Under the pieces are notes generated by a model that ran no database searches, was not told the DNA's origin, and saw only the letters and a list, made by a program, of their open reading frames with translations. The position numbers and the translations under genes are program-made. From contig JBIOIY010000001.1 of the NCBI GenBank assembly GCA_044450345.1, forward strand, positions 1 to 64,000: a DNA stretch of 64,000 bases, given 5' to 3'. How positions within the stretch are numbered: the first letter of the stretch is position 1; each line of letters opens with the position of its first letter. Below are positions 1 to 10,048 of the stretch, piece by piece. The stretch comes from Thermodesulfovibrionales bacterium. GTDB lineage: Bacteria; Nitrospirota; Thermodesulfovibrionia; Thermodesulfovibrionales; UBA6898.

Positions 1-282
1 ATGCCTTCTCCTATACCCTTCCCAAACATACTGGGGATGCTCCCCGGGATGACCTCTCTGGCCACGATGATGATGGGCGGGATGATCAAGAAGATCAACT
101 GGCCTTCTATCCCTGAACTCGTCGATGCCTGCAAGGAGATGGACGTGAAGCTTATAGCCTGCACCCCCACCCTTGAAATGACCGGGGTCAAGAAGGAAGA
201 CCTCGTCGAGGGCGTAGTCGTTGCCGGAGCCGCAGAGTTCCTGGACTTTGCTCTCGATGCGAATATAAGTTTGTTCATATAA
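1..282 (+). CDS. DsrE/DsrF/DrsH-like (DsrE2-type) sulfur-relay family protein, 5' truncated by window edge
   Basis: C-terminal signature SIPELV..C...VKLIAC...EMTGVKKEDL..GV..AGAAEFL..A...SLFI typical of DsrE2-like proteins. Confidence 0.8.
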   Translation: MPSPIPFPNILGMLPGMTSLATMMMGGMIKKINWPSIPELVDACKEMDVKLIACTPTLEMTGVKKEDLVEGVVVAGAAEFLDFALDANISLFI

Positions 283-438
283 AGACGTCACTTCATTAAT
301 GCTTGACGTCATGAGGCAGATACTATATCCTTTTTTGAGATACTTTTTTCGTCGCAAGATAAGTGCCACAAGACCGCTAATCCGTAAGGAGGTGAGACAT
401 ACCGGCTTTTCCTAAAAAAATCTAAAGGAGGTTTTTCG

Positions 439-1719
439 ATGAAACGTTTCGTATTTCTGGTATTGGTCGTTTTGTTCGTGCTTTCCCTCAGCAGTCTTTC
501 CTTTGCCACAAACGGCGATAATCTCATGGCTATCGGTCCTATTGCCCGTTCGATGGGCGGTGTGGGAATCGCGGCGCCCCAGGACGCCATCAGCGCGGTC
601 TTCGCAAACCCGGCTGCGATGTGTTTCGGTCCATATTGTCCCGGGACTGAGGTAAACTTCGGCGGCACGCTTTTTATGCCGAAGATAGACGCATCAATAG
701 TCGCCTCCGACGGCAGTGTCATCAGTGCAGGGAGTGACAAGAAGGTATATGCAATACCCGCGATAGGTCTGTCGGTGCCTATCACAAACAATTGGAGGTT
801 CGGTCTTGCTGCCTACGGCGTATCCGGCCTCGGCGTAGACTATAGAGGCAGCGCCATTGATACTTCTCCTTTACCCGGCAGCGGCGGCACATTTCCGCTG
901 GCACAGGGAGCATACACCCAGCTGATGATCATGAAATTTTCCCCCTCGCTCTCCTATCAGGTCAATAACAATCTCTCCCTCGGATTAGGTGTTCATATAG
1001 ACTATGCGAACCTCGATTTAAGAAACGGATCTTCCGCCAATTACGGCATCGGCGCACAGCTCGGTGCGATATTCAAGGCATCAGACCAGATCACATTGGG
1101 CGCTACGTATGTATCCCCTCAGGAGGTCAAGCATAGAGACGTAATAAACTTTCCTCCCCTAGGACAATTCGACCTGAAACTCGAGTCGCCACAGCATGTT
1201 GGTGTTGGTATTGCGGTTGAACCTATAAAAAACACCCTTCTGATCGAGGTCGACGGACAATGGATCAACTGGTCAGGCGCGACAGGATACAAGGATTTTG
1301 ACTGGAAAGACCAGTGGGTACTGGGCCTCGGCGTTCAATTCAAGCCGAGCAAGCAACTTGCCCTTCGCGCCGGTTACAACTGGGCCAATAACCCGGTGAG
1401 AGAACATGACAATTTTGCCGGGTTCAACCCCGCGAACCCCTTTCAGCCGCCCGTCACAAATGTTCAGGGCATACCTTTTCCCACCTACTATTATGAAACG
1501 TTCAGGATCATAGGGTTCCCGGCGGTAGCAAAACAGCATGTTACCTTCGGAATCGGTTATGATATCTCGAGCAAGTTCGCCCTCAACGCGGGCTTCACCC
1601 ATGCCTTCAAAGAGACGATCAGTGAAAGCGGGACGTCGCCCACTTCTCCGGCTTCTACGACCCTTTCCTCGACTCTAAGCGAAGACAGCCTCGAATTCGG
1701 ATTTACCTGGAGGTTCTAA
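439..1719 (+). CDS. FadL/TodX/OmpP1-family outer-membrane transporter
   Basis: Signal peptide, SMGG...NPAAM hatch motif, alternating beta-strand pattern, C-terminal Phe (FTWRF); RBS AAGGAGG. Confidence 0.88.
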   Translation: MKRFVFLVLVVLFVLSLSSLSFATNGDNLMAIGPIARSMGGVGIAAPQDAISAVFANPAAMCFGPYCPGTEVNFGGTLFMPKIDASIVASDGSVISAGSDKKVYAIPAIGLSVPITNNWRFGLAAYGVSGLGVDYRGSAIDTSPLPGSGGTFPLAQGAYTQLMIMKFSPSLSYQVNNNLSLGLGVHIDYANLDLRNGSSANYGIGAQLGAIFKASDQITLGATYVSPQEVKHRDVINFPPLGQFDLKLESPQHVGVGIAVEPIKNTLLIEVDGQWINWSGATGYKDFDWKDQWVLGLGVQFKPSKQLALRAGYNWANNPVREHDNFAGFNPANPFQPPVTNVQGIPFPTYYYETFRIIGFPAVAKQHVTFGIGYDISSKFALNAGFTHAFKETISESGTSPTSPASTTLSSTLSEDSLEFGFTWRF

Positions 1720-1731
1720 CTTAACCCAGAC

Positions 1732-1770
1732 ATGCAAGGGAGTGGAACACACTCCCTTGCATTCCTTTTT
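1732..1770 (+). terminator. Intrinsic terminator hairpin between convergent genes
   Basis: Perfect 13-bp stem ATGCAAGGGAGTG/CACTCCCTTGCAT followed by TCCTTTTT. Confidence 0.8.
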
Positions 1771-1771
1771 A

Positions 1772-2362
1772 TCACATCTTCATGATAGCGATGCTTATGC
1801 CTTCTATGGTTGCAGCAATGAGCAAAAGGGGCAGGATGATGGTAAAGAAGATACTAAAGGCCTTTCCCCTTCTCTCACGGAACGTCTGTTTAGGGCCTCT
1901 TTCGAAATACCATATGCCCTGCCAAATACCGAGACCCCAGGCTGCGGATATCGCCGGCAATTCGAAAATCCCGTGAGGGACCAATAACAACATTGCATTT
2001 ATTCTCTCAGCTGCGGTGAGATGCGAGAAGACGGCCCCGAGTAAGAGACCATTCGTAACAGCTCCAAACACAGGGATGATTCCAAGTAGCGGGCCCGATA
2101 TGACCGAGATCGCGGCGGAGAGGCTGTTTCTCACAAATATCGAAATTATTATGAGCAGTGTTCCCTCACCGGATATCTGCCGGGCTATCCCTTTGATCGC
2201 GGAAATAAGATCATCGCCCCAGGAAGGGTTGTTCAATCCGATCAAAATGCCGGCAAGGAAGATAATCACTGCAACCAACAGGGCATTTCCAGCATTGCGC
2301 AGATCCAGGAATGCCTGAGCGTATTGTTTTTTGATATTATCCCGGGTTATTCTCTGAAACAT
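1772..2362 (-). CDS. SpoIIM-family (DUF95) membrane protein
   Basis: Multi-TM protein with NG...G and PHGIFELPA motifs. Confidence 0.85.
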   Translation of the reverse strand: MFQRITRDNIKKQYAQAFLDLRNAGNALLVAVIIFLAGILIGLNNPSWGDDLISAIKGIARQISGEGTLLIIISIFVRNSLSAAISVISGPLLGIIPVFGAVTNGLLLGAVFSHLTAAERINAMLLLVPHGIFELPAISAAWGLGIWQGIWYFERGPKQTFRERRGKAFSIFFTIILPLLLIAATIEGISIAIMKM

Positions 2363-2435
2363 ATTTCATGACACCTGCGCCCTGTCTCAATAAGATATAA
2401 AGCTCTGCGGGTAGGAAAAGCATTACGCAAACCAT

Positions 2436-3269
2436 TCACGCAATCGTGATCGGCACAGGTATGAAAGTGAGGATAAAAATGAACACCGCAAACCATCCTA
2501 TCCTCTTTCTCGTTTGGTCAAGCGGTTCTTCGGAATAAATAATCGGCGGGTGTTTTGAGCCCAGAATAATCAAGAGGACCGCCCATACCAGCCATCCCTC
2601 CCATAGGAGAAGACCGAGACCGACCATCGCCCCGATCAGCACCTTCGACACCTTGCTGTGTCGCTCCCCGATCAGGGCGTATAAGATATGCCCGCCGTCA
2701 AGCTGGCCGATCGGGATTAGATTCAGCGCCGTAACAAAAAACCCGATCCACCCCGCAAAGGCCACCGGATGGAGAATAACATCATGACCGTCCGGCACGC
2801 TGCCGACAATCAGTCTCGTCAGCCCCTTAAAAAGCAGCGAATCACCGAGTGTAATCATGCCCTCTACCTTATGCACCGGAACGATCTTCGAAAGAAAAAG
2901 GCCGATTATCGTGGCGATGAAAGCGACAATGAAGCCCGCAATAGGGCCAGAGGCCCCTATATCCATGAGTGCATTTTTTGAGTGTATCGGCGACTTCATT
3001 TTTATAAAGGCGCCGAGCGTCCCGAAGAGTGTCGGTGCCGGAATGAAATACGGAAGTGTTGCCTGTACGCCGTGCTTTCTTGACGCAAGATAATGAGAGA
3101 ACTCGTGCGCCAGGAGTATGCAGAGAAGGGTCGCAGAAAAAGGAAGACCAAGATAAATTTTGATTGGTTCCTTAAATATGTCGACCCCTTCGTTTAGGGC
3201 ACCGACCGCAAGTGTCGAAAGAAACGTAAGCAGAAAGAGGAACACGTGGAGATAGGGGAACTTTCTCAT
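2436..3269 (-). CDS. Site-2 protease (peptidase M50) family membrane metalloprotease
   Basis: HEFSH zinc motif, ASGP, NLIPIGQLDGGH. Confidence 0.92.
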   Translation of the reverse strand: MRKFPYLHVFLFLLTFLSTLAVGALNEGVDIFKEPIKIYLGLPFSATLLCILLAHEFSHYLASRKHGVQATLPYFIPAPTLFGTLGAFIKMKSPIHSKNALMDIGASGPIAGFIVAFIATIIGLFLSKIVPVHKVEGMITLGDSLLFKGLTRLIVGSVPDGHDVILHPVAFAGWIGFFVTALNLIPIGQLDGGHILYALIGERHSKVSKVLIGAMVGLGLLLWEGWLVWAVLLIILGSKHPPIIYSEEPLDQTRKRIGWFAVFIFILTFIPVPITIA

Positions 3270-4558
3270 TTCAGGACCTCTCCCTTCAGGTCATAATCGA
3301 ACGCGGTCGTTATCTTCACTTTGACGAAGGTCCCTTTTTCGATCCCCTCTTCCTCGATAAAAACCACGCCGTCGATCTCCGGGGCCTGGGAATAAAGCCT
3401 TGCGATTGCGACACCGTCATCGACTTCATCCACCAGGGCCTTGAAGGTCTTTCCCACGAGACCCTTATTTTTTGACAGAGAGATTGCCGCTTGAGCTTCC
3501 ATAAGCCTCTCATACCTTTCCTGCCTGGTCCGTTCAGGCACCTGCCCTTTCAGACTGAAGGCCCGTGTATCCTCTTCCTTCGAGTAGGTAAAAGCACCGA
3601 GCCTGTCGAATTTCATCTTGCGTACGAATGAGATGAGTTCTTCACTCTCCCCCTCGCTCTCCTGGGGAAAGCCGACGATAAAGGTCGTGCGCAGGCAGAC
3701 TCCCGGAACAACGGCCCTGATCCTCTTGATGAGTTTTTCATAGTAATCTCTGCTCCCTCCCCTGCCCATCAGTTTCAGTATCCTGTCTTCAGAATGCTGG
3801 AGTGGCATATCGATATATTTGCAGACCTTTTTCTCCGAGGCTATCGTCTCAAGGAGATCGTCGTCTATAGATGTGGGATAGAGGTAAAGAAGCCGTATCC
3901 AGAATTCACCCTTCAGGGAAGCTATCTTCCTTATCAGTCTGCTGAGACCCCGTCCCCCTTTTTCTTTCCCGTACGACGTAATGTCCTGGGCGACCAGTAT
4001 CAACTCCTTCACCCCCGAGCGCAAAATGTCTTCCGCCTCGCGCACGATATCTCCTGCATCCCTGCTCTTAAACGCTCCTCTGATCTTCGGAATTACGCAG
4101 TATGAACAACCCCTGTCGCAGCCTTCCGCGATCTTCAGGTATGCGTACGGCTTATCGCTGAACTGTCTCAGCATCGAAGGCCTTTGTTCAGCGTCAGCCC
4201 GCGGCCCCGTAACGGTTTCACAATACCTGACGATCTCGTCGTCCTCTCCTACTCCCCAGAGCGCATCGATCTCGGGAATCTCATCCCTCAGTTCTCCGCC
4301 GAACCTTTTTGCGAGACATCCATAGACAAGGAGTTTTTTCTTCCTCCCGGTATTCTTCACCCCGGCAATCCTCAATATCTCCTCGATCGATTCCCTCTTT
4401 GCCTCTTCGATAAAACCACATGTGTTCACCACGAGAATATCCGAGTCTTCGGGAGTCGTCGAATACGCAATCCCCCTGTCGCCCAGCTTCTTCAAAAGGT
4501 TTTCGGAATCGACAAGGTTCTTGGGACAACCAAGGCTCAGAAGAAATACTTTAGCCAC
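3266..4558 (-). CDS. rimO: Ribosomal protein S12 methylthiotransferase RimO
   Basis: SLGCPKNLVDSE, NTCGFI, radical SAM CDRGCSYC, C-terminal TRAM with APEIDG. Confidence 0.95.
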   Translation of the reverse strand: MAKVFLLSLGCPKNLVDSENLLKKLGDRGIAYSTTPEDSDILVVNTCGFIEEAKRESIEEILRIAGVKNTGRKKKLLVYGCLAKRFGGELRDEIPEIDALWGVGEDDEIVRYCETVTGPRADAEQRPSMLRQFSDKPYAYLKIAEGCDRGCSYCVIPKIRGAFKSRDAGDIVREAEDILRSGVKELILVAQDITSYGKEKGGRGLSRLIRKIASLKGEFWIRLLYLYPTSIDDDLLETIASEKKVCKYIDMPLQHSEDRILKLMGRGGSRDYYEKLIKRIRAVVPGVCLRTTFIVGFPQESEGESEELISFVRKMKFDRLGAFTYSKEEDTRAFSLKGQVPERTRQERYERLMEAQAAISLSKNKGLVGKTFKALVDEVDDGVAIARLYSQAPEIDGVVFIEEEGIEKGTFVKVKITTAFDYDLKGEVLK

Positions 4559-4979
4559 GATTATGCTTAACCGCCCTGTAGATGAGGATATAGCCGAGTA
4601 TTGCCGAGAAGCATCCCATCAATGTGTTGCCCACTATAAACGGCATAAGGAGATGTTTGAATTCATTAAACAAGACCTTACACGTCATATGCGACCAGTC
4701 CATGGGGGGGATAATATTGCCGACACCCAGGATTTTTGCCCCAAGCCAGGTACCGAACGTATAGATCGGCACGATTGTCCATGGGTTCGTAACATACACA
4801 CCTATCAAAGTCACAAGCTTGTTCAGCCTCAACTGCCACGCCAGGACAATCCCCAGTATGGTGTGCAGGCCAAGAAGAGGCGACATGCCTATAAAAATGC
4901 CCAATGCAAAAGCCTCGGCCACCTTCTTCGGGGGCTCATTGACCGACAAGACCTGTCTCATTCTGTCTTTAAAGTGCAA
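4551..4979 (-). CDS. DUF2062-domain membrane protein
   Basis: P...A.AFALGIFIG..P..GLHT and NPWT..PIY pattern; overlaps flanking genes in operon. Confidence 0.85.
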   Translation of the reverse strand: MHFKDRMRQVLSVNEPPKKVAEAFALGIFIGMSPLLGLHTILGIVLAWQLRLNKLVTLIGVYVTNPWTIVPIYTFGTWLGAKILGVGNIIPPMDWSHMTCKVLFNEFKHLLMPFIVGNTLMGCFSAILGYILIYRAVKHNRG

Positions 4980-5952
4980 AGTGCCGATACCCCTTTGTCG
5001 ATACCTTCCGGATATTGCCCTCGCGGTCGACCATCTTCAGTCCCTTTTTAGTGATCTCGCCGACCAAAAAGGCGTCGACCTTTACACGAGGGGGCGCAGT
5101 AAAAAGGAGTTCATAATCCTCCCCGCCGCCTGCAGCAAAGTCAATGGGGTCCGCGCCGAGATATTCTGCTGTCTTCCTTAGTTCCCGGGACATGGGTATC
5201 TTTTCCTCATATATTCTTGCACCCACGCGGCTTTCTTTGCAGAGTCTGGAAAGATCAATAAAAAGCCCGTCGCTGATGTCCATCATCGCCGTGGCCTTGC
5301 CGCAAAACCTATCCGGCTCCGTTGCGAGAGGCATCAGATGCCTTCTGACGAGAGGGCCGACCGTCTTCCATCCCGGCCCGAAATCGACCTTTTCATTTTT
5401 TTCTATCCGGACGGTCCTGCCGATCCTCTTCATCACCTGGAGGCCGCATGCGGAATCCCCCAGGTGCCCCGATACGTAAATGAGATCACCGGCCTTCGCC
5501 CCACCCCGGCCAACAAATTTCGTCGCTGAACCCGAGACGGTCGCCGACAGTACAACCAGGCCCGCGGCCGAGACATCGCCGCCGATAAGAGAAAGTTTAT
5601 AGGTTTTAAGGGCCGCTGCTATACCGTCCAAGAGTGAATCGAATTGCCGCTTTTCGAAATCGCCGGGGGCTGCAAAATCAAGCAACATAAATTCCGGTCT
5701 GCCTCCCATCGCGTAGATATCACTAACGTTGACCGAAACCAGTTTAAAGCCCAGCTGAAAGGGGGTAATCCAACTTAGGTCGAAGTGCACTCCCTCGACC
5801 ATCATATCCGTCGTAAGGAGCATGTTTTTAGACCGGGGCCTTATTACCGCCGAATCATCACCAATGCCGAGTACAAGGCCAGGCGCCCTCTTACCGAACC
5901 TTTTTCTGAGAAGATCCAGAAGGGAGAGTTCACCCTCCTCGCAAAGCCTCAC
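4969..5952 (-). CDS. thiL: Thiamine-monophosphate kinase
   Basis: GIGDDSA, EGVHF, NVSDIYAMGG, DISDGL, GGEDYELLFT. Confidence 0.95.
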   Translation of the reverse strand: MRLCEEGELSLLDLLRKRFGKRAPGLVLGIGDDSAVIRPRSKNMLLTTDMMVEGVHFDLSWITPFQLGFKLVSVNVSDIYAMGGRPEFMLLDFAAPGDFEKRQFDSLLDGIAAALKTYKLSLIGGDVSAAGLVVLSATVSGSATKFVGRGGAKAGDLIYVSGHLGDSACGLQVMKRIGRTVRIEKNEKVDFGPGWKTVGPLVRRHLMPLATEPDRFCGKATAMMDISDGLFIDLSRLCKESRVGARIYEEKIPMSRELRKTAEYLGADPIDFAAGGGEDYELLFTAPPRVKVDAFLVGEITKKGLKMVDREGNIRKVSTKGYRHFAL

Positions 5953-5977
5953 TGACGGCCGCAGTCCGGCCCCGCCA

Positions 5978-8365
5978 CTATTTCTTCTTTTTTGCTGCAG
6001 ATTTTTTCTCGGGCCGAAGCGCGACCTTCAACACCTGGTCCATGGTGTCGGCGAACACAAATTCCATGTCTCTCTTGATATATTTCGGTATCTCCTCGAG
6101 GTCCTTCTTGTTCCTCTTCGGAACGATTACTTTCTTTATTCCCATCCGCTTTGCAGCCAGCGCCTTTTCCTTCAGCCCGCCGATAGGAAGCACCCTGCCC
6201 CTCAATGTCACTTCGCCTGTCATTGCGACATTCTTGTTCACGGGCCTGCCGGTAAGGACCGATGCCAACGCTGTGGCTATTGTGATCCCGGCAGACGGGC
6301 CGTCTTTCGGTATAGCGCCCGCAGGCACATGTATATGGATGTCGACCTTTGAAAAGACGTCCTCCTTGATGCCGAGCGTCTTCGCCCTCGAACGGATATA
6401 GCTCAGCGCAGCCTGTGCCGATTCCTTCATGACATCGCCGAGCTGTCCTGTAAGCGTCAGGTGTCCTTTCCCCATCATCGTCGTGGCCTCGATATAGATG
6501 ATGTCGCCGCCGGCCTCGGTCCAGGCCAGACCGGTAGAGACTCCGACCTCGTCCTCCTCCATCTCTTCCTCGGGCAGGAATTTCGGCACGCCCAGGAAAC
6601 TCTGAAGGTTGCCTGTGACGACATTGAATTTCCTTTGACTGCCCTCCGCGATCTTCTTGGCGACCTTTCTGCAAAGGTTTGCTATCTCCCGTTCGAGGTT
6701 CCTCACGCCGGCCTCTCTCGTATATTGAGATATCAGAAGCATCAGGGCCGAATCCGTAATCGAAAGGACCTTCTTCGTAAGACCGTGCTCGTCAAGCTGT
6801 TTTGGAAGGAGATATTTCTTGGCTATCCCGAGCTTTTCCTCGGAGGTATAGCCCGATAAATAAATTATCTCCATCCTGTCCCGAAGCGGTCCCGGGATGG
6901 TGTCTGCCAGGTTTCCCGTCGTAATGAACATGACGTTGGACAGGTCGAAGGGCACCGACAGGTAGTGGTCTGCGAAGGAAAAATTCTGCTCGGGATCGAG
7001 CACCTCGAGCAAAGCTGAAGAAGGGTCGCCCCTGAAGTCCGTGCCGATCTTGTCTATCTCGTCCAGCATAAAAACAGGGTTGTTCCTCCCGGCCTGCTTG
7101 ATCCCCTGGATGATCCTGCCCGGCAGCGCACCGACATAGGTACGTCTATGGCCCCTTATTTCGGCCTCGTCCCTGACTCCGCCGAGAGACATCCGCACGA
7201 ATTCCCTGCCGAGCGCCCTCGCGATGGACCTGCCGAGTGAGGTCTTTCCCACACCCGGAGGACCTATAAAGCAGATGATCGGGCCCTTCATCTTTTCCTT
7301 CAGTTTCCGGACGCTCAGGTATTCAAGTATCCTTTCCTTCACCTTTTCGAGGTCGTAATGGTCGTCGTTCAGCACCTTCTCGGCTATCTTGATATCGAGA
7401 TTGTCCTTTGTGCTCTTGGCCCACGGGAGTTCCACAAGCCAGTCGAGATACGTCCTTATCGTGGCCGCCTCGGCGCTGTCCGGGTGCATCTTTTCAAGTC
7501 TCTTTAGCTGCTTCTCGGCCTCCTTGAAGACTTTCTCGGGCATCTTCGCATCTTCTATCTTCTTTTTGAACTCCCTTACTTCTTCAGCCCGTTCGTCAAT
7601 GTCCCCGAGCTCCTTCTGTATCGCCTTCAACTGTTCCCTCAGAAAATACTCGCGCTGCGTCTTATCTATCTCTCCTCTGGCTTCGGACTGGATCTTCTGC
7701 TGCACGATGAGAAGCTCTATCTCGCGGCTCAGCATCTCGCTGACGCGCCGCAACCTCTGTATGGGGTCGAATATTTCCATGACCTCTTGGGCCTGCTCCG
7801 CCTTGAGTCCGAGGTTCGATGCCACAAGGTCGGCAAGTCTTCCCGGATCATCGAGGTTTTCGATGACCACCATGATATCGGGCAGGACCGTTTTGCCGTA
7901 TGAAACAGCCTTGTCGAGCTGCTCCTTGACCGACCTAATCTCGGCCTCCTCCTCCACGGAAAGGCTTTCAGGCTTCACCTCTTCGATCTTCTCGATTGCA
8001 GCCGTGAAGAACGCGCCGGACTGCGTAATCTTCTTCACCCTCGCCTTGGAAAGCCCCTGAACAAGGATCTTCACCCGTCCGTCAGGCAGCTTCAGCATCC
8101 TCATGATCATGCCGACGGTGCCGATGGAATACAGATCGGTTGTTGCAGGGTTCTCGATGCTCAGGTCCTTCTGGGTCAAGAGCAGGATCATTCTGTTCGA
8201 GCTCAAGGCCGTGTCGATTGCCTTGATGGATATGTCCCTCCCCACGAAGAGAGGGATAATCATATAGGGGAAGACAACAATATCCCTTACCGGAAGCACC
8301 GGCAGTGTTTCAGGAATCTCTACGTCCTTATCTTTATTTTCGTTGTTCTTGTCAAGCTCAGCCAT
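5978..8365 (-). CDS. lon: ATP-dependent Lon protease
   Basis: LON N-domain, Walker [18 protein letters not shown] catalytic Ser; ATG at 8365 has AAGGAG RBS (ORF extends to GTG 8395). Confidence 0.97.
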   Translation of the reverse strand: MAELDKNNENKDKDVEIPETLPVLPVRDIVVFPYMIIPLFVGRDISIKAIDTALSSNRMILLLTQKDLSIENPATTDLYSIGTVGMIMRMLKLPDGRVKILVQGLSKARVKKITQSGAFFTAAIEKIEEVKPESLSVEEEAEIRSVKEQLDKAVSYGKTVLPDIMVVIENLDDPGRLADLVASNLGLKAEQAQEVMEIFDPIQRLRRVSEMLSREIELLIVQQKIQSEARGEIDKTQREYFLREQLKAIQKELGDIDERAEEVREFKKKIEDAKMPEKVFKEAEKQLKRLEKMHPDSAEAATIRTYLDWLVELPWAKSTKDNLDIKIAEKVLNDDHYDLEKVKERILEYLSVRKLKEKMKGPIICFIGPPGVGKTSLGRSIARALGREFVRMSLGGVRDEAEIRGHRRTYVGALPGRIIQGIKQAGRNNPVFMLDEIDKIGTDFRGDPSSALLEVLDPEQNFSFADHYLSVPFDLSNVMFITTGNLADTIPGPLRDRMEIIYLSGYTSEEKLGIAKKYLLPKQLDEHGLTKKVLSITDSALMLLISQYTREAGVRNLEREIANLCRKVAKKIAEGSQRKFNVVTGNLQSFLGVPKFLPEEEMEEDEVGVSTGLAWTEAGGDIIYIEATTMMGKGHLTLTGQLGDVMKESAQAALSYIRSRAKTLGIKEDVFSKVDIHIHVPAGAIPKDGPSAGITIATALASVLTGRPVNKNVAMTGEVTLRGRVLPIGGLKEKALAAKRMGIKKVIVPKRNKKDLEEIPKYIKRDMEFVFADTMDQVLKVALRPEKKSAAKKKK

Positions 8366-8465
8366 TCCATCTCCTTGTTCTTCCTGGTGGTCCACCGTCT
8401 TACGGTCTCGTCTTAGTAAGATTTAATCACAAATCCATGAACATAGCAATATGGACCGGGCAGTG

Positions 8466-9344
8466 TCAATGCTTCAGTTTCCTGGCCACTTCGAGTATGT
8501 ACGATTTAAACTGACCCGAAAGCTCGGGGTTCTTGAGGGCAAAATCGACGGTCGCCTTCAGATATCCGAATTTATCTCCTGCGTCGTACCTTTTTCCTTT
8601 AAACAGGTATCCATATACCGGCCTTTTTTTGAGAAGTTTCGCGATCGCATCGGTGAGCTGTATCTCCCCCCCCTTACCCGGCTTTGACTTTTCGAGTATT
8701 CCAAAAATGTCCGGCGTCAGTATATACCTCCCGATGATGGCAAGGTCAGATGGTGCGGATTCGGCCGAAGGCTTTTCAACCAGAGTGTTTAGTCTGTAAA
8801 CGCCGTCCCTTTCCTTCACTCCTCCGATCACCCCGTACCTCTGAATTTCAGAAACAGGCACCTTCTCAAGTGCGAGGATCGGACTTTTCAGTTTCTTATA
8901 GAGCTCCACCATATCTTTTAGCAGCGTATCTTCGGGATCGATGATGTCGTCACTGAGAATGACCGCAAAGGGCTCATCATTGACAAAAGGTCTGGCGCAG
9001 GAGATAGCATGCCCCAGGCCCAGCGCATATCCCTGTCTTATATATCCTATCTTGATCTTACTCAGCCTGTTGAGCTCCGCGATGAGCTTCTTTTTCCCGC
9101 TCTTCCTGAGTTTCTCTTCGAGCTCGAAGGCATAATCGAAGTGGTCTTCAATGCTCCGCTTATGCTTGCCGGTAATGATAACGATCTCCTTGAGCCCGCA
9201 TGAAATCGCCTCCTCAACCCCATACTGTATCATAGGTTTGTCAACGATCGGCATCATCTCCTTCGGAGATGCCTTCGTGGCAGGCAAAAAACGCGTCCCG
9301 AGACCAGCCGCCGGGAATATCGCCTTCTTTATATTATCTGGCAT
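8466..9344 (-). CDS. galU: UTP--glucose-1-phosphate uridylyltransferase
   Basis: PAAGLGTRFLPATKASPKEM, VEKP, GEIQLTDA. Confidence 0.96.
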   Translation of the reverse strand: MPDNIKKAIFPAAGLGTRFLPATKASPKEMMPIVDKPMIQYGVEEAISCGLKEIVIITGKHKRSIEDHFDYAFELEEKLRKSGKKKLIAELNRLSKIKIGYIRQGYALGLGHAISCARPFVNDEPFAVILSDDIIDPEDTLLKDMVELYKKLKSPILALEKVPVSEIQRYGVIGGVKERDGVYRLNTLVEKPSAESAPSDLAIIGRYILTPDIFGILEKSKPGKGGEIQLTDAIAKLLKKRPVYGYLFKGKRYDAGDKFGYLKATVDFALKNPELSGQFKSYILEVARKLKH

Positions 9345-9441
9345 TTTACCCCCTCTAACGCAAATTCCCTTAATTAACCATTAATTATAACACAATCACG
9401 TGCGTTTATCCGAAGCAGACATATTATCCGGCAGGGCCTCT

Positions 9442-9888
9442 TCAGCCTTTCACTGAATCGAGCAATATCGTCACAGGACCGTCGTTTATGAGATGAATTT
9501 TCATATCGGCGCCGAACCTGCCTTCGGAGACACGGATGCCGTCTGTCATCAGTTTTCTTACCATTTCCCGGTACATCTCTTCGGCCTTCACGGGCCCTTC
9601 AGCCTTATCAAAAGAAGGTCTGTTTCCTTTCCTGCAATCTGCGGCGAGGGTAAACTGGGAAACTACAAGTGCCTCTCCGGCAACATCAATTACCGACAGG
9701 TTCATCTTCCCTGCTTCGTCCTCGAAGATCCTCAGGTTGCGGATCTTTCCTGCAAGGTAATCGAGGTCCCCTGAAGCGTCGCCTTTTTCAACGCCCAGAA
9801 AGACGAGCAGTCCCTTTCCTATCTCTGCGATCACCTCCTCGTCCACGACAACAGAAGCTGCAGTGACCCTCTGCAACAGTGCCTTCAT
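9442..9888 (-). CDS. dtd: D-aminoacyl-tRNA deacylase
   Basis: VSQFTL, GNRPSF, NDGPVT motifs. Confidence 0.96.
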   Translation of the reverse strand: MKALLQRVTAASVVVDEEVIAEIGKGLLVFLGVEKGDASGDLDYLAGKIRNLRIFEDEAGKMNLSVIDVAGEALVVSQFTLAADCRKGNRPSFDKAEGPVKAEEMYREMVRKLMTDGIRVSEGRFGADMKIHLINDGPVTILLDSVKG

Positions 9889-9922
9889 ATCTTCACCATT
9901 CCATTAACATCTCCACGATCAC

Positions 9923-10048
9923 GAAGGCAGGGGATGATAATCGAGCGGCTTCAATTTCTCGTATTGACCCGTCGCAGGCGGATCGAGAAATTGCCCTCGC
10001 AGGTCGCAACGCGACCGAGAATGAGAGAGATTATTATTCCCTGCCTTC
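9923..10048 (+). repeat. Three-way-junction repeat element, copy 1
   Basis: 20-bp closing stem 9923-9942/10029-10048 around core GAGCGGCTT-CAATTTCTCG..CGAGAAATTG-CC-CTCG..CGAG-AATGAGAGA shared with three other copies. Confidence 0.9.

Noticed and set aside
335..420. c-di-GMP-I/GEMM or c-di-AMP (ydaO) riboswitch in the FadL leader
   Set aside because: Only fragmentary resemblance; the required paired stems and conserved cores are not all present
5949..6674. 241-aa ORF overlapping the lon 3' end
   Set aside because: Alternate frame of lon, Arg/Gly-rich, no RBS or domain signal
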